NCBI GenBank assembly: GCA_030390025.1
Contig: JASTWF010000036.1
Coordinates: forward strand, 3,164,001-3,228,000
From: Squalus acanthias
Taxonomy: Eukaryota
Direction: 5' to 3'
Length of the DNA: 64,000 nucleotides
How positions within the stretch are numbered: the first letter of the stretch is position 1; each line of letters opens with the position of its first letter. The notes under the pieces were generated by a model that made no database searches, had not been told where the DNA came from, and saw only the letters and a program-made list of their open reading frames with translations. The position numbers and the translations under genes are program-made. This document shows, piece by piece, positions 25,401 to 40,400 of the stretch.

Positions 25401-28400
25401 GATACAGAGTAAAGCTCCCTCTACACTATCCCATCAAACACTCCCAGGGCAGGTACAGCACGGGGTTAGATACAGAGTAAAGCTCCCTCTACACTGTCCC
25501 CATCAAACACTCCCAGGGCAGGTACAGCACGGGGTTAGATACAGAGTAAAGCTCCCTCTACACTGTCCCATCAAACACTCCCAGGGCAGGTACAGCACGG
25601 GGTTAGATACAGAGTAAAGCTCCCTCTACACTATCCCATCAAACACTCCCAGGGCAGGTACAGCACGGGGTTAGATACAGAGTAAAGCTCCCTCTACACT
25701 GTCCCCATCAAACACTCCCAGGGCAGGTACAGCACGGGGTTAGATACAGAGTAAAGCTCCCTCTACACTGTCCCATCAAACACTCCCAGGGCAGGTACAG
25801 CACGGGGTTAGATACAGAGTAAAGCTCCCTCTAAACCGTCCCATCAAACACTCCCAGGGCAGATACAGCACGGGTTAGATACAGAGTAAAGCTCCCTCTA
25901 CACTATCCCATCAAACACTCCCAGGGCAGGTACAGCACGGGGTTAGATACAGAGTAAAGCTCCCTCTACACTGTCCCATCAAACACTCCCAGGGCAGGTA
26001 CAGCACGGGGTTAGATACAGAGTAAAGCTCCCTCTAAACCGTCCCATCAAACACTCCCAGGGCAGGTACAGCACGGGGTTAGATACAGAGTAAAGCTCCC
26101 TCTACACTATCCCATCAAACACTCCCAGGGCAGGTACAGCACGGGGTTAGATACAGAGTAAAGCTCCCTCTACACTATCCCATCAAACATTCCCAGGGCA
26201 GGTACAGCACGGGGTTAGATACAGAGTAAAGCTCCCTCTACACTGTCCCCATCAAACACTCCCAGGGCAGGTACAGCACGGGGTTAGATACAGAGTAAAG
26301 CTCCCTCTAAACCGTCCCATCAAACACTCCCAGGGCAGATACAGCACGGGTTAGATACAGAGTAAAGCTCCCTCTACACTATCCCATCAAACACTCCCAG
26401 GGCAGGTACAGCACGGGGTTAGATACAGAGTAAAGCTCCCTCTACACTGTCCCATCAAACACTCCCAGGGCAGGTACAGCACGGGGTTAGATACAGAGTA
26501 AAGCTCCCTCTAAACCGTCCCATCAAACACTCCCAGGGCAGGTACAGCACGGGGTTAGATACAGAGTAAAGCTCCCTCTACACTGTCCCATCAAACACTC
26601 CCAGGGCAGGTACAGCACGGGGTTAGATACAGAGTAAAGCTCCCTCTACACTGTCCCATCAAACACTTCCAGGGCAGGTACAGCACGGGGTTAGATACAG
26701 AGTAAATCTCCCTCTACACTGTCCCATCAAACACTCCCAGGGACAGGTACAGCATGGGTTAGATACAGAGTAAAGCTCCCTCTACACTGTCCCCATCAAA
26801 CACTCCCAGGGCAGGTACAGCACGGGGTTAGATACAGAGTAAAGCTCCCTGTACACTGTCCCATCAAACACTCCCAGGACAGGTACAGCACGGGGTTCGA
26901 AACAGAGTAAAGCTCCCTCTACACTGCCCCATCAAACACTCCCAGGGAAGGTACAGCACGGATTAGATACAGAGTAAAGCTCCCTCTACACTGTCCCATC
27001 AAACACTCCCAGGGCAGGTACAGCACGGGTTAGATACAGAGTAAAGCTCCCTCTACACTGTCCCATCAAACACTCCCAGGGCAGGTACAGCACGGGTTAG
27101 ATACAGAGTAAAGCTCCCTCTACACTGTCCCATCAAACACTCCCAGGGCAGGTACAGCACGGGTTAGATACAGAGTAAAGCTCCCTCTACACTGTCCCAT
27201 CAAACACTCCCAGGGCAGGTACAGCACGGGTTAGATACAGAGTAAAGCTCCCTCTACACTGTCCCATCAAACACTCCCAGGGCAGGTACAGCACGGGTTA
27301 GATACAGAGTAAAGCTCCCTCTACACTGTCCCATCAAACACTCCCAGGGCAGGTACAGCACGGGTTAGATACAGAGTAAAGCTCCCTCTACACTGTCCCA
27401 TCAAACACTCCCAGGGCAGGTACAGCACGGGTTAGATACAGAGTAAAGCTCCCTCTACACTGTCCCATCAAACACTCCCAGGGCAGGTACAGCACGGGTT
27501 AGATACAGAGTAAAGCTCCCTCTACACTGTCCCATCAAACACTCCCAGGGCAGGTACAGCACGGGTTAGATACAGAGTAAAGCTCCCTCTACACTGTCCC
27601 ATCAAACACTCCCAGGGCAGGTACAGCACGGGTTAGATACAGAGTAAAGCTCCCTCTACACTGTCCCATCAAACACTCCCAGGGCAGGTACAGCACGGGT
27701 TAGATACAGAGTAAAGCTCCCTCTACACTGTCCCATCAAACACTCCCAGGGCAGGTACAGCACGGGTTAGATACAGAGTAAAGCTCCCTCTACACTGTCC
27801 CATCAAACACTCCCAGGGCAGGTACAGCACGGGTTAGATACAGAGTAAAGCTCCCTCTACACTGTCCCATCAAACACTCCCAGGGCAGGTACAGCACGGG
27901 TTAGATACAGAGTAAAGCTCCCTCTACACTGTCCCATCAAACACTCCCAGGGCAGGTACAGCACGGGTTAGATACAGAGTAAAGCTCCCTCTACACTGTC
28001 CCATCAAACACTCCCAGGGCAGGTACAGCACGGGTTAGATACAGAGTAAAGCTCCCTCTACACTGTCCCATCAAACACTCCCAGGGCAGGTACAGCACGG
28101 GTTAGATACAGAGTAAAGCTCCCTCTACACTGTCCCATCAAACACTCCCAGGGCAGGTACAGCACGGGTTAGATACAGAGTAAAGCTCCCTCTACACTGT
28201 CCCATCAAACACTCCCAGGGCAGGTACAGCACGGGTTAGATACAGAGTAAAGCTCCCTCTACACTGTCCCATCAAACACTCCCAGGGCAGGTACAGCACG
28301 GGTTAGATACAGAGTAAAGCTCCCTCTACACTGTCCCATCAAACACTCCCAGGGCAGGTACAGCACGGGTTAGATACAGAGTAAAGCTCCCTCTACACTG

Positions 28401-31400
28401 TCCCATCAAACACTCCCAGGGCAGGTACAGCACGGGTTAGATACAGAGTAAAGCTCCCTCTACACTGTCCCATCAAACACTCCCAGGGCAGGTACAGCAC
28501 GGGTTAGATACAGAGTAAAGCTCCCTCTACACTGTCCCATCAAACACTCCCAGGGCAGGTACAGCACGGGTTAGATACAGAGTAAAGCTCCCTCTACACT
28601 GTCCCATCAAACACTCCCAGGGCAGGTACAGCACGGGTTAGATACAGAGTAAAGCTCCCTCTACACTGTCCCATCAAACACTCCCAGGGCAGGTACAGCA
28701 CGGGTTAGATACAGAGTAAAGCTCCCTCTACACTGTCCCATCAAACACTCCCAGGGCAGGTACAGCACGGGTTAGATACAGAGTAAAGCTCCCTCTACAC
28801 TGTCCCATCAAACACTCCCAGGGCAGGTACAGCACGGGTTAGATACAGAGTAAAGCTCCCTCTACACTGTCCCATCAAACACTCCCAGGGCAGGTACAGC
28901 ACGGTTAGATACAGAGTAAAGCTCCCTCTACACTGTCCCATCAAACACTCCCAGGGCAGGTACAGCACGGGTTAGATACAGAGTAAAGCTCCCTCTACAC
29001 TGTCCCATCAAACACTCCCAGGGCAGGTACAGCACGGGTTAGATACAGAGTAAAGCTCCCTCTACACTGTCCCATCAAACACTCCCAGGGCAGGTACAGC
29101 ACGGGTTAGATACAGAGTAAAGCTCCCTCTACACTGTCCCATCAAACACTCCCAGGGCAGGTACAGCACGGGTTAGATACAGAGTAAAGCTCCCTCTACA
29201 CTGTCCCATCAAACACTCCCAGGGCAGGTACAGCACGGGTTAGATACAGAGTAAAGCTCCCTCTACACTGTCCCATCAAACACTCCCAGGGCAGGTACAG
29301 CACGGGTTAGATACAGAGTAAAGCTCCCTCTACACTGTCCCATCAAACACTCCCAGGGCAGGTACAGCACGGGTTAGATACAGAGTAAAGCTCCCTCTAC
29401 ACTGTCCCATCAAACACTCCCAGGGCAGGTACAGCACGGGTTAGATACAGAGTAAAGCTCCCTCTACACTGTCCCATCAAACACTCCCAGGGCAGGTACA
29501 GCACGGGTTAGATACAGAGTAAAGCTCCCTCTACACTGTCCCATCAAACACTCCCAGGGCAGGTACAGCACGGGTTAGATACAGAGTAAAGCTCCCTCTA
29601 CACTGTCCCATCAAACACTCCCAGGGCAGGTACAGCACGGGTTAGATACAGAGTAAAGCTCCCTCTACACTGTCCCATCAAACACTCCCAGGGCAGGTAC
29701 AGCACGGGTTAGATACAGAGTAAAGCTCCCTCTACACTGTCCCATCAAACACTCCCAGGGCAGGTACAGCACGGGTTAGATACAGAGTAAAGCTCCCTCT
29801 ACACTGTCCCATCAAACACTCCCAGGGCAGGTACAGCACGGGTTAGATACAGAGTAAAGCTCCCTCTACACTGTCCCATCAAACACTCCCAGGGCAGGTA
29901 CAGCACGGGTTAGATACAGAGTAAAGCTCCCTCTACACTGTCCCATCAAACACTCCCAGGGCAGGTACAGCACGGGTTAGATACAGAGTAAAGCTCCCTC
30001 TACACTGTCCCATCAAACACTCCCAGGGCAGGTACAGCACGGGTTAGATACAGAGTAAAGCTCCCTCTACACTGTCCCATCAAACACTCCCAGGGCAGGT
30101 ACAGCACGGGTTAGATACAGAGTAAAGCTCCCTCTACACTGTCCCATCAAACACTCCCAGGGCAGGTACAGCACGGGTTAGATACAGAGTAAAGCTCCCT
30201 CTACACTGTCCCATCAAACACTCCCAGGGCAGGTACAGCACGGGTTAGATACAGAGTAAAGCTCCCTCTACACTGTCCCATCAAACACTCCCAGGGCAGG
30301 TACAGCACGGGTTAGATACAGAGTAAAGCTCCCTCTACACTGTCCCATCAAACACTCCCAGGGCAGGTACAGCACGGGTTAGATACAGAGTAAAGCTCCC
30401 TCTACACTGTCCCATCAAACACTCCCAGGGCAGGTACAGCACGGGTTAGATACAGAGTAAAGCTCCCTCTACACTGTCCCATCAAACACTCCCAGGGCAG
30501 GTACAGCACGGGTTAGATACAGAGTAAAGCTCCCTCTACACTGTCCCATCAAACACTCCCAGGGCAGGTACAGCACGGGTTAGATACAGAGTAAAGCTCC
30601 CTCTACACTGTCCCATCAAACACTCCCAGGGCAGGTACAGCACGGGTTAGATACAGAGTAAAGCTCCCTCTACACTGTCCCATCAAACACTCCCAGGGCA
30701 GGTACAGCACGGGTTAGATACAGAGTAAAGCTCCCTCTACACTGTCCCATCAAACACTCCCAGGGCAGGTACAGCACGGGTTAGATACAGAGTAAAGCTC
30801 CCTCTACACTGTCCCATCAAACACTCCCAGGGCAGGTACAGCACGGGTTAGATACAGAGTAAAGCTCCCTCTACACTGTCCCATCAAACACTCCCAGGGC
30901 AGGTACAGCACGGGTTAGATACAGAGTAAAGCTCCCTCTACACTGTCCCATCAAACACTCCCAGGGCAGGTACAGCACGGGTTAGATACAGAGTAAAGCT
31001 CCCTCTACACTGTCCCATCAAACACTCCCAGGGCAGGTACAGCACGGGTTAGATACAGAGTAAAGCTCCCTCTACACTGTCCCATCAAACACTCCCAGGG
31101 CAGGTACAGCACGGGTTAGATACAGAGTAAAGCTCCCTCTACACTGTCCCATCAAACACTCCCAGGGCAGGTACAGCACGGGTTAGATACAGAGTAAAGC
31201 TCCCTCTACACTGTCCCATCAAACACTCCCAGGGCAGGTACAGCACGGGTTAGATACAGAGTAAAGCTCCCTCTACACTGTCCCATCAAACACTCCCAGG
31301 GCAGGTACAGCACGGGTTAGATACAGAGTAAAGCTCCCTCTACACTGTCCCATCAAACACTCCCAGGGCAGGTACAGCACGGGTTAGATACAGAGTAAAG

Positions 31401-34400
31401 CTCCCTCTACACTGTCCCATCAAACACTCCCAGGGACAGGTACAGCACGGAGGTTAGATACAGAGTAAAGCTCCCTCTACACTGTCCCATCAAACACTCC
31501 CAGGGGCAGGTACAGCACGGGGTTAGATACAGAGTAAAGCTCCCTCTACACTGTCCCATCAAACACTCCCAGGGCAGGTACAGCGACGGGTTAGATACAG
31601 AGTAAAGCTCCCTCTACACTGTCCCATCAAACACTCCCAGGGCAGGTACAGCACGGGTTAGATACAGAGTAAAGCTCCCCCTACACTGTCCCCATCAAAC
31701 ACTCCCAGGGCAGGTACAGCACGGGTTAGATACAGAGTAAAGCTCCCTCTACACTGTCCCATCAAACACTCCCAGGGCAGGTACAGCACGGGTTAAATAC
31801 AGAGTAAAGCTCCCTCTACACTGTCCCATCAAACACTCCCAGGGCAGGTACAGCACGGGTTAGATACAGAGTAAAGCTCCCTCTACACTGTCCCATCCAA
31901 CTCTCCCAGGGCAGGTACAGCACGGGTTAGATACAGAGTAAAGCTCCCTCTACACTGTCCCATCAAACACTCCCAGGGCAGGTACAGCACAGGTTAGATA
32001 CAGAGTAAAGCTCCCTCTACACTGTCCCATCAAACACTCCCAGGGCAGGTACAGCACGGGTTAGATACAGAGTAAAGCTCCCTCTACACTGTCCCATCAA
32101 ACACTCCAGGGCAGGTACAGCACGGGTTAGATACAGAGTAAAGCTCCCTCTACACTGTCCCATCAAACACTCCCAGGGCAGGTACAGCACGGGGTTAGAT
32201 ACAGAGTAAAGCTCCCTCTACACTGTCCCATCAAACACTCCCAGGGCAGGTACAGCACAGGGTTAGATACAGAGTAAAGCTCCCTCTACACTGTCCCCAT
32301 CAAACACTCCCAGGGCAGGTACAGCACGGGTTAGATACAGAGTAAAGCTCCCTCTACACTGTCCCATCAAACACTCCAGGGCAGGTACAGCACGGGTTAG
32401 ATACAGAGTAAAGCTCCCTCTACACTGTCCCATCAAACACTCCCAGGGCAGGTACAGCACGGGTTAGATACAGAGTAAAGCTCCCTCTACACTGTCCCAT
32501 CAAACACTCCCAGGGCAGGTACAGCACGGGGTTAGATACAGAGTAAAGCTCCCTCTACACTGTCCCATCAAACACTCCCAGGGCAGGTACAGCACGGGTT
32601 AGATACAGAGTAAAGCTCCCTCTACACTGTCCCATCAAACACTCCCAGGGCAGGTACAGCACGGGGTTAGATACAGAGTAAAGCTCCCTCTACACTGTCC
32701 CATCAAACACTCCCAGGGCAGGTACAGCACGGGTTAGATACAGAGTAAAGCTCCCTCTACACTGTCCCATCAAACACTCCCAGGGCAGGTACAGCACGGG
32801 TTAGATACAGAGTAAAGCTCCCTCTACACTGTCCCATCAAACACTCCCAGGGCAGGTACAGCACGGGTTAGATACAGAGTAAAGCTCCCTCTACACTCGT
32901 CCCATCAAACACTCCCAGGGCAGGTACAGCACGGGTTAGATACAGAGTAAAGCTCCCTCTACACTGTCCCATCAAACACTCCCAGGGCAGGTACAGCACG
33001 GGTTAGATACAGAGTAAAGCTCCCTCTACACTGTCCCATCAAACACTCCCAGGGCAGGTACAGCACGGGTTAGATACAGAGTAAAGCTCCCTCTACACTG
33101 TCCCATCAAACACTCCCAGGCAGGTACAGCACGGGTTAGATACAGAGTAAAGCTCCCTCTACACTGTCCCATCAAACACTCCCAGGGCAGGTACAGCACG
33201 GGTTAGATACAGAGTAAAGCTCCCTCTACACTGTCCCATCAAACACTCCCAGGGCAGATACAGCACGGGTTAGATACAGAGTAAAGCTCCCTCTACACTG
33301 TCCCATCAAACACTCCCAGGGCAGGTACAGCACGGTTAGATACAGAGTAAAGCTCCCTCTACACTGTCCCATCAAACACTCCCAGGGCAGGTACAGCACG
33401 GGTTAGATACAGAGTAAAGCTCCCTCTACACTATCCCATCAAACACTCCCAGGGCAGGTACAGCACAGGGTTAGATACAGAGTAAAGCTCCCTCTACACT
33501 GTCCCATCAAACACTCCCAGGGCAGGTACAGCACGGGTTAGATACAGAGTAAAGCTCCCTCTACACTGTCCCATCAAACACTCCCAGGGCAGGTACAGCA
33601 CGGGTTAGATACAGAGTAAAGCTCCCTCTACACTGTCCCATCAAACACTCCCAGGGCAGGTACAGCACGGGGTTAGATACAGAGTAAAGCTCCCTCTACA
33701 CTATCCCATCAAACACTCCCAGGGCAGGTACAGCACGGGTTAGATACAGAGTAAAGCTCCCTCTACACTGTCCCATCAAACACTCCCAGGGCAGGTACAG
33801 CACGGGGTTAGATACAGAGTAAAGCTCCCTCTACACTGTCCCATCAAACACTCCCAGGGCAGGTACAGCACGGGGTTAGATACAGAGTAAAGCTCCCTCT
33901 ACACTGTCCCATCAAACACTCCCAGGGCAGGTACAGCACGGGGTTAGATACAGAGTAAAGCTCCCTCTACACTGTCCCATCAAACACTCCCAGGGCAGGT
34001 ACAGCACGGGTTAGATACAGAGTAAAGCTCCCTCTACACTGTCCCATCAAACACTCCCAGGGCAGGTACAGCACGGGGTTAGATACAGAGTAAAGCTCCC
34101 TCTACACTGTCCCATCAAACACTCCCAGGGCAGGTACAGCACGGGTTAGATACAGAGTAAAGCTCCCTCTACACTGTCCCATCAAACACTCCCAGGGCAG
34201 GTACAGCACGGGGTTAGATACAGAGTAAAGCTCCCTCTACACTATCCCATCAAACACTCCCAGGGCAGGTACAGCACGGGGTTAGATACAGAGTAAAGCT
34301 CCCTCTACACTGTCCCATCAAACACTCCCAGGGCAGGTACAGCACGGGGTTAGATACAGAGTAAAGCTCCCTCTACACTGTCCCATCAAACACTCCCAGG

Positions 34401-37400
34401 GCAGTACAGCACGGGGTTAGATACAGAGTAAAGCTCCCTCTACACTAGTCCCATCAAACACTCCCAGGGCAGGTACAGCACGGGGTTAGATACAGAGTAA
34501 AGCTCCCTCTACACTGTCCCATCAAACACTCCCAGGGCAGGTACAGCACGGGGTTAGATACAGAGTAAAGCTCCCTCTACACTGTCCCATCAAACACTCC
34601 CAGGGCAGGTACAGCACGGGTTAGATACAGAGTAAAGCTATAACCGTCCCATCAAACACTCCCAGGGCAGGTACAGCACGGGGTTAGATACAGAGTAAAG
34701 CTCCCTCTACACTGTCCCATCAAACACTCCCAGGGCAGGTACAGCACGGGGTTAGATACAGAGTAAAGCTCCCTCTACACTGTCCCATCAAACACTCCCA
34801 GGGCAGGTACAGCACGGGTTAGATACAGAGTAAAGCTCCCTCTACACTGTCCCATCAAACACTCCCAGGGCAGGTACAGCACGGGTTAGATACAGAGTAA
34901 AGCTCCCTCTACACTGTCCCATCAAACACTCCCAGGGCCGGGACAGCACGGGGTTAGATACAGAGTAAAGCTGCCTCTATACTGTCCCCATCAAACACTC
35001 CCAGGGCAGGTACAGCACGGATTAGATACAGAGTAAAGCTCCCTCTACACTGTCCCATCAAACACTCCCAGGGCAGGTACAGCACGGGTTAGATACAGAG
35101 TAAAGCTCCCTCTACACTGTCCCAACAAACACTCCCAGGGAAGGTACAGCACGGATTAGATACAGAGTAAAGCTCCCTCTACACTGCCCCATCAAACACT
35201 CCCAGGGAAGGTACAGCACGGATTAGATACAGAGTAAAGCTCCCTCTACACTGTCCCAACAAATACTCCCAGGGCAGGTACAGCACGGGTTAGATACAGA
35301 GTAAAGCTCCCTCTACACTGCCCCATCAAACACTCCCAGGGGAGGTACAGCACGGGGTAGTAACAGAGTAAAGCTCCCTCTACACTGTCCCATCAAACAC
35401 TCCCAGGGCAGGTACAGCACGGGTTAGATACAGAGTAAAGCTCCCTCTACACTGTCCCATCAAACCCTCCCAGGGCAGGTACAGCACGGGTTACATACAG
35501 AGTAAAGCTCCCTCTACACTGTCCCATCAAACACTCCCAGGGCAGGTACAGCACGGGTTAGATACAGAGTAAAGCTACCTCTACACTGTCCCATCAAACA
35601 CTCCCAGGGCAGGTACAGCACGGGTTAGATACAGAGTAAAGCTACCTCTACAGTGTCCCATCAAACACTCCCAGGGCAGGTACAGCACGGGGTAGATACA
35701 GAGTAAAGCTCCCTCTACACTGTCCCATCAAACACTCCCAGGGCAGGAACAGCACGGGTTAGATACAGAGTAAAGCTACCTCTACACTGTCCATCAAACA
35801 CTCCCAGGGCAGGTACAGCACGGGTTAGATACAGAGTAAAGCTCCCCCTACACTGTCCCCATCAAACACTCCCAGGGCAGGTACAACACGGGTTAGATAC
35901 AGAGTAAAGCTCCCTCTACACTGTCCCATCAAACACTCCCAGGGCAGGTACAGAACGGGGTTAGATACAGAGTAAAGCTCCCTCTACACTGTCCCATCAA
36001 ACACTCCCGGGGCAGGTACAGCACGGGGTTAGATACAGAGTAAAGCTCCCTCTACACTGTCCCATCCAACTCTCCCAGGGCAAGTTCAGCACGGGTTAGA
36101 TACAGAGTAAAGCTCCCTCTACACTGTCCCATCAAACACTCCCAGGGTAGGTACAGCACAGGTTAGATACAGAGTAAAGCTCCCCCTACACTGTCCCCAT
36201 CAAACACTCCCAGGGCAGGTACAACACGGGTTAGATACAGAGTAAAGCTCCCTCTACACTGTCCCATCAAACACACCCAGGGCAGGTACAGCACGGGTTA
36301 GATACAGAGTAAAGCTCCCTCTACACTGTCCCATCAAACACTCCCAGGGCAGGTACAGCACGGGGTTAGATACAGAGTAAAGCTCCCTCTACACTGTCCA
36401 TCAAACACTCCCAGGGCAGGTACAGCACGGGGTTAGATACAGAGTAAAGCTCCCTCTACACTGTCCCATCAAACACTCCCAGGGCAGGTACAGCACGGGT
36501 TAGATACAGAGTAAAGCTCCCTCTACACTGTCCCATCAAACACTCCCAGGGCAGGTACAGCACGGGTTAGATACAGAGTAAAGCTCCCTCTACACTGTCC
36601 CATCAAGCACACCCAGGGCAGGTACAGCACGGGTTAGATACAGAGTAAAGCTCCCTCTACACTGTCCCATCAAACACACCCAGGGCAGGTACAGCACGGG
36701 GTTAGATACAGAGTAAAGCTCCCTCTACACTGTCCCATCAAACACTCCCAGGGCAGGTACAGCACGGGGTTAGATACAGAGTAAAGCTCCCCCTACACTG
36801 TCCCATCAAACACTCCTGGGGCAGGTACAGCACGGGGTTAGTTACAGATTAAAGCTCCCTCTACACTGTCCCATGAAACACTCCCAGGACAGGGACAGTA
36901 CGGGTTAGATACAGAGTAAAGCTCCCTCTACACTGTCCCCATTAAACACACCCAGGGCAGGAACAGCACGGGTTAGATACAGAGTAAAGCTCCCTCTACA
37001 CTGTCCATCAAACACTCCCAGGGCAGGTACAGCACGGGGTTAGATACAGAGTAAAGCTCCCTCTACACTGTACCATCAAACACACCCAGGGCAGGTACAG
37101 CACGGGTTAGATACAGAGTAAAGCTCCCTCTACACTGTCCCATCAAACACTCCCAGGGCAGGTACAGCATGGGGTTAGATACAGAGTAAAGCTCCCTCTA
37201 CACTGTCCCCATCAAACACTCCCAGGGCAGGTACAGCACAGGTTAGATACAGAGTAAAGCTCCCTCTACACTGTCCCATCAAACACTCCCAGGGCAGGTA
37301 CAGCACGGAGTTAGATACAGAGTAAAGCTCCCTCTACACTGTCCCATCAAACACTCCCAGGGCAGGTACAGCACAGGTTAGATACAGAGTAAAGCTCCCT

Positions 37401-40400
37401 CTACACTGTCCCATCAAACACTCCCAGGGCAGGTACAGCACGGAGTTAGATACAGAGTAAAGCTCCCTCTACACTGTCCCATCAAACACTCCCAGGGACA
37501 GGTACAGCATGGGTTAGATACAGAGTAAATCTCCCTCTACACTGTCCCCATCAAACACTCCCAGGGCAGGTACAGCACGGGTTAGATACAGAGTAAAGCT
37601 CCCTCTACACTGTCCCATCAAACACTCCCAGGGCAGGCACAGCACGGGTTAGATACAGAGTAAAGCTCCCTCTACACTATCCCATCAAACACTCCCAGGG
37701 CAGGTACAGCACGGGTTAGATAGAGAGTAAATCTCCCTCTACACTGTCCCATGAAACACTCCCAGGGCAGGTACAGCACAGGTTAGATACAGAGTAAAGC
37801 TCCCTCTACACTGTCCCATCAAACACTCCCAGGGCAGGTACAGCACGGGTTGGATACAGAGTAAAGCTCCCTCTACACTGTCCCATCAAACACTCCCAGG
37901 GCAGGTACAGCACAGGTTAGATACAGAGTAAAGCTCCCTCTACACTGTCCCATCAAACACTCCCAGGGCAGGTACAGCACAGGTTAGATACAGAGTAAAG
38001 CTCCCTCTACACTGTCCCATCAAACACTCCCAGGGCAGGTACAGCACGGAGTTAGATACAGAGTAAAGCTCCCTCTACACTGTCCCATCAAACACTCCCA
38101 GGGACAGGTACAGCATGGGTTAGATACAGAGTAAATCTCCCTCTACACTGTCCCCATCAAACACTCCCAGGGCAGGTACAGCACGGGTTAGATACAGAGT
38201 AAAGCTCCCTCTACACTGTCCCATCAAACACTCCCAGGGCAGGCACAGCACGGGTTAGATACAGAGTAAAGCTCCCTCTACACTATCCCATCAAACACTC
38301 CCAGGGCAGGTACAGCACGGGTTAGATAGAGAGTAAATCTCCCTCTACACTGTCCCATGAAACACTCCCAGGGCAGGTACAGCACGAGGTTATATACAGA
38401 GTAAAGCTCCCTCTACACTGTCCCATCAAACACTCCCAGGGCAGGTACAGCACGGGTTGGATACAGAGTAAAGCTCCTCTACACTGTCCCATCAAACACT
38501 CCCAGGGCAGGTACAGCACGGGTTAGATACAGAGTAAAGCTCCCTCTACACTGTCCCATCAAACACTCCCAGGGCAGGTACAGCACGGAGTTAGATACAG
38601 AGTAAAGCTCCCTCTACACTGTCCCATCAAACACTCCCAGGGACAGGTACAGCATGGGTTAGATACAGAGTAAATCTCCCTCTGCACTGTCCCATCAAAC
38701 ACTCCCAGGGCAGGTACAGCACGGGTTAGATACAGAGTAAAGCTCCTCTACACTGTCCCATCAAACACTCCCAGGGCAGGCACAGCACGGGGTTAGATAC
38801 AGAGTAAAGCTCCTCTACACTATCCCATCAAACACTCCCAGGGCAGGTACAGCACGGGTTAGATAGAGAGTAAATCTCCCTCTACACTGTCCCATGAAAC
38901 ACTCCCAGGGCAGGTACAGCACGAGGTTATATACAGAGTAAAGCACCCTCTACACTGTCCCATCAAATACTCCCAGGACAGGTACAGCACGGGGTGAGAT
39001 ACAGAGTAAAGCTCCCTCTACACTGTCCCATCAAACACTCCCAGGGCAGGTACAGCACGGGTTAGATACAGAGTAAAGCTCCCTCTACACTGTCCCATCA
39101 AACACTCCCAGGGCAGATACAGCACGGGTTAGATACAGAGTAAAGCTCCTCTACACTGTCCCATCAAACACTCCCAGGGCAGGTACAGCACAGGTTAGAT
39201 ACAGAGTAAAGCTCCCTCTGCACTGTCCCATCAAACACTCCCAGGGCAGGTACAGCACGGGTTGGATACAGAGTAAAGCTCCCTCTACACTGTCCCATCA
39301 AACACTCCCAGGACAGGTACAGCACGGGGTGAGATACAGAGTAAAGCTCCCTCTACACTGTCCCATCAAACACTCCCAGGACAGGTACAGCACGGGGTTA
39401 GATACAGAGTAAAGCTCACTCTGCACTGTCCCATCAAACACTCCCAGGACAGGTACAGCACGGGTTAGATACAGAGTAAAGCTCCCTCTACACTGTCCCA
39501 TCAAACACTCCCAGGGCAGGTACAGCACGGGTTAGATACAGAGTAAAGCTCCCTCTACACTGTCCCATCAAACACTCCCAGGGCAGGTACAGCACGAGGT
39601 TAGATACAGAGTAAAGCTCCCTCTACACTGTCCCATCAAACACTCCCAGGGCAGGTACAGCACGGGTTAGATACAGAGTAAAGCTCCCTCTACACTGTCC
39701 CATCAAACACTCCCAGGGCAGGTACAGCACGGGTTAGATACAGAGTAAAGCTCCCTCTACACTGTCCCATCAAACACTCCCAGGGCAGGTACAGCACGGG
39801 TTAGATACAGAGTAAAGCTCCCTCTACACTGTCCCATCAAACACTCCCAGGGCAGGTACAGCACGGGTTAGATACAGAGTAAAGCTCCCTCTACACTGTC
39901 CCATCAAACACTCCCAGGGCAGGTACAGCACGGGATTAGATACAGAGTAAAGCTCCCTCTACACTGTCCCATCAAACACTCCCAGGGCAGGTACAGCACG
40001 GGTTAGATACAGAGTAAAGCTCCCTCTACACTGTCCCATCAAACACTCCCAGGGCAGGTACAGCACGGGTTAGATACAGAGTAAAGCTCCCTCTACACTG
40101 TCCCATCAAACACTCCCAGGACAGGTACAGCACGGGTTAGATACAGAGTAAAGCTCCCTCTACACTGTCCCATCAAACACTCCCAGGACAGGTACAGCAC
40201 GGGTTAGATACAGAGTAAAGCTCCCTCTACACTGTCCCATCAAACACTCCCAGGGCAGGTACAGCACGGGTTAGATACAGAGTAAAGCTTCCTCTACACT
40301 GTCCCATCAAACACTCCCAGGGCAGGTACAGCACGGGGTGAGATACAGGGTAAAGCTTCCTCTACACTGTCCCATCAAACACTCCCAGGGCAGGTACAGC

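Noticed and set aside
32263..39528. ORFs within the satellite ([12 protein letters not shown]...)
   Set aside because: Chance read-through created by unit indels
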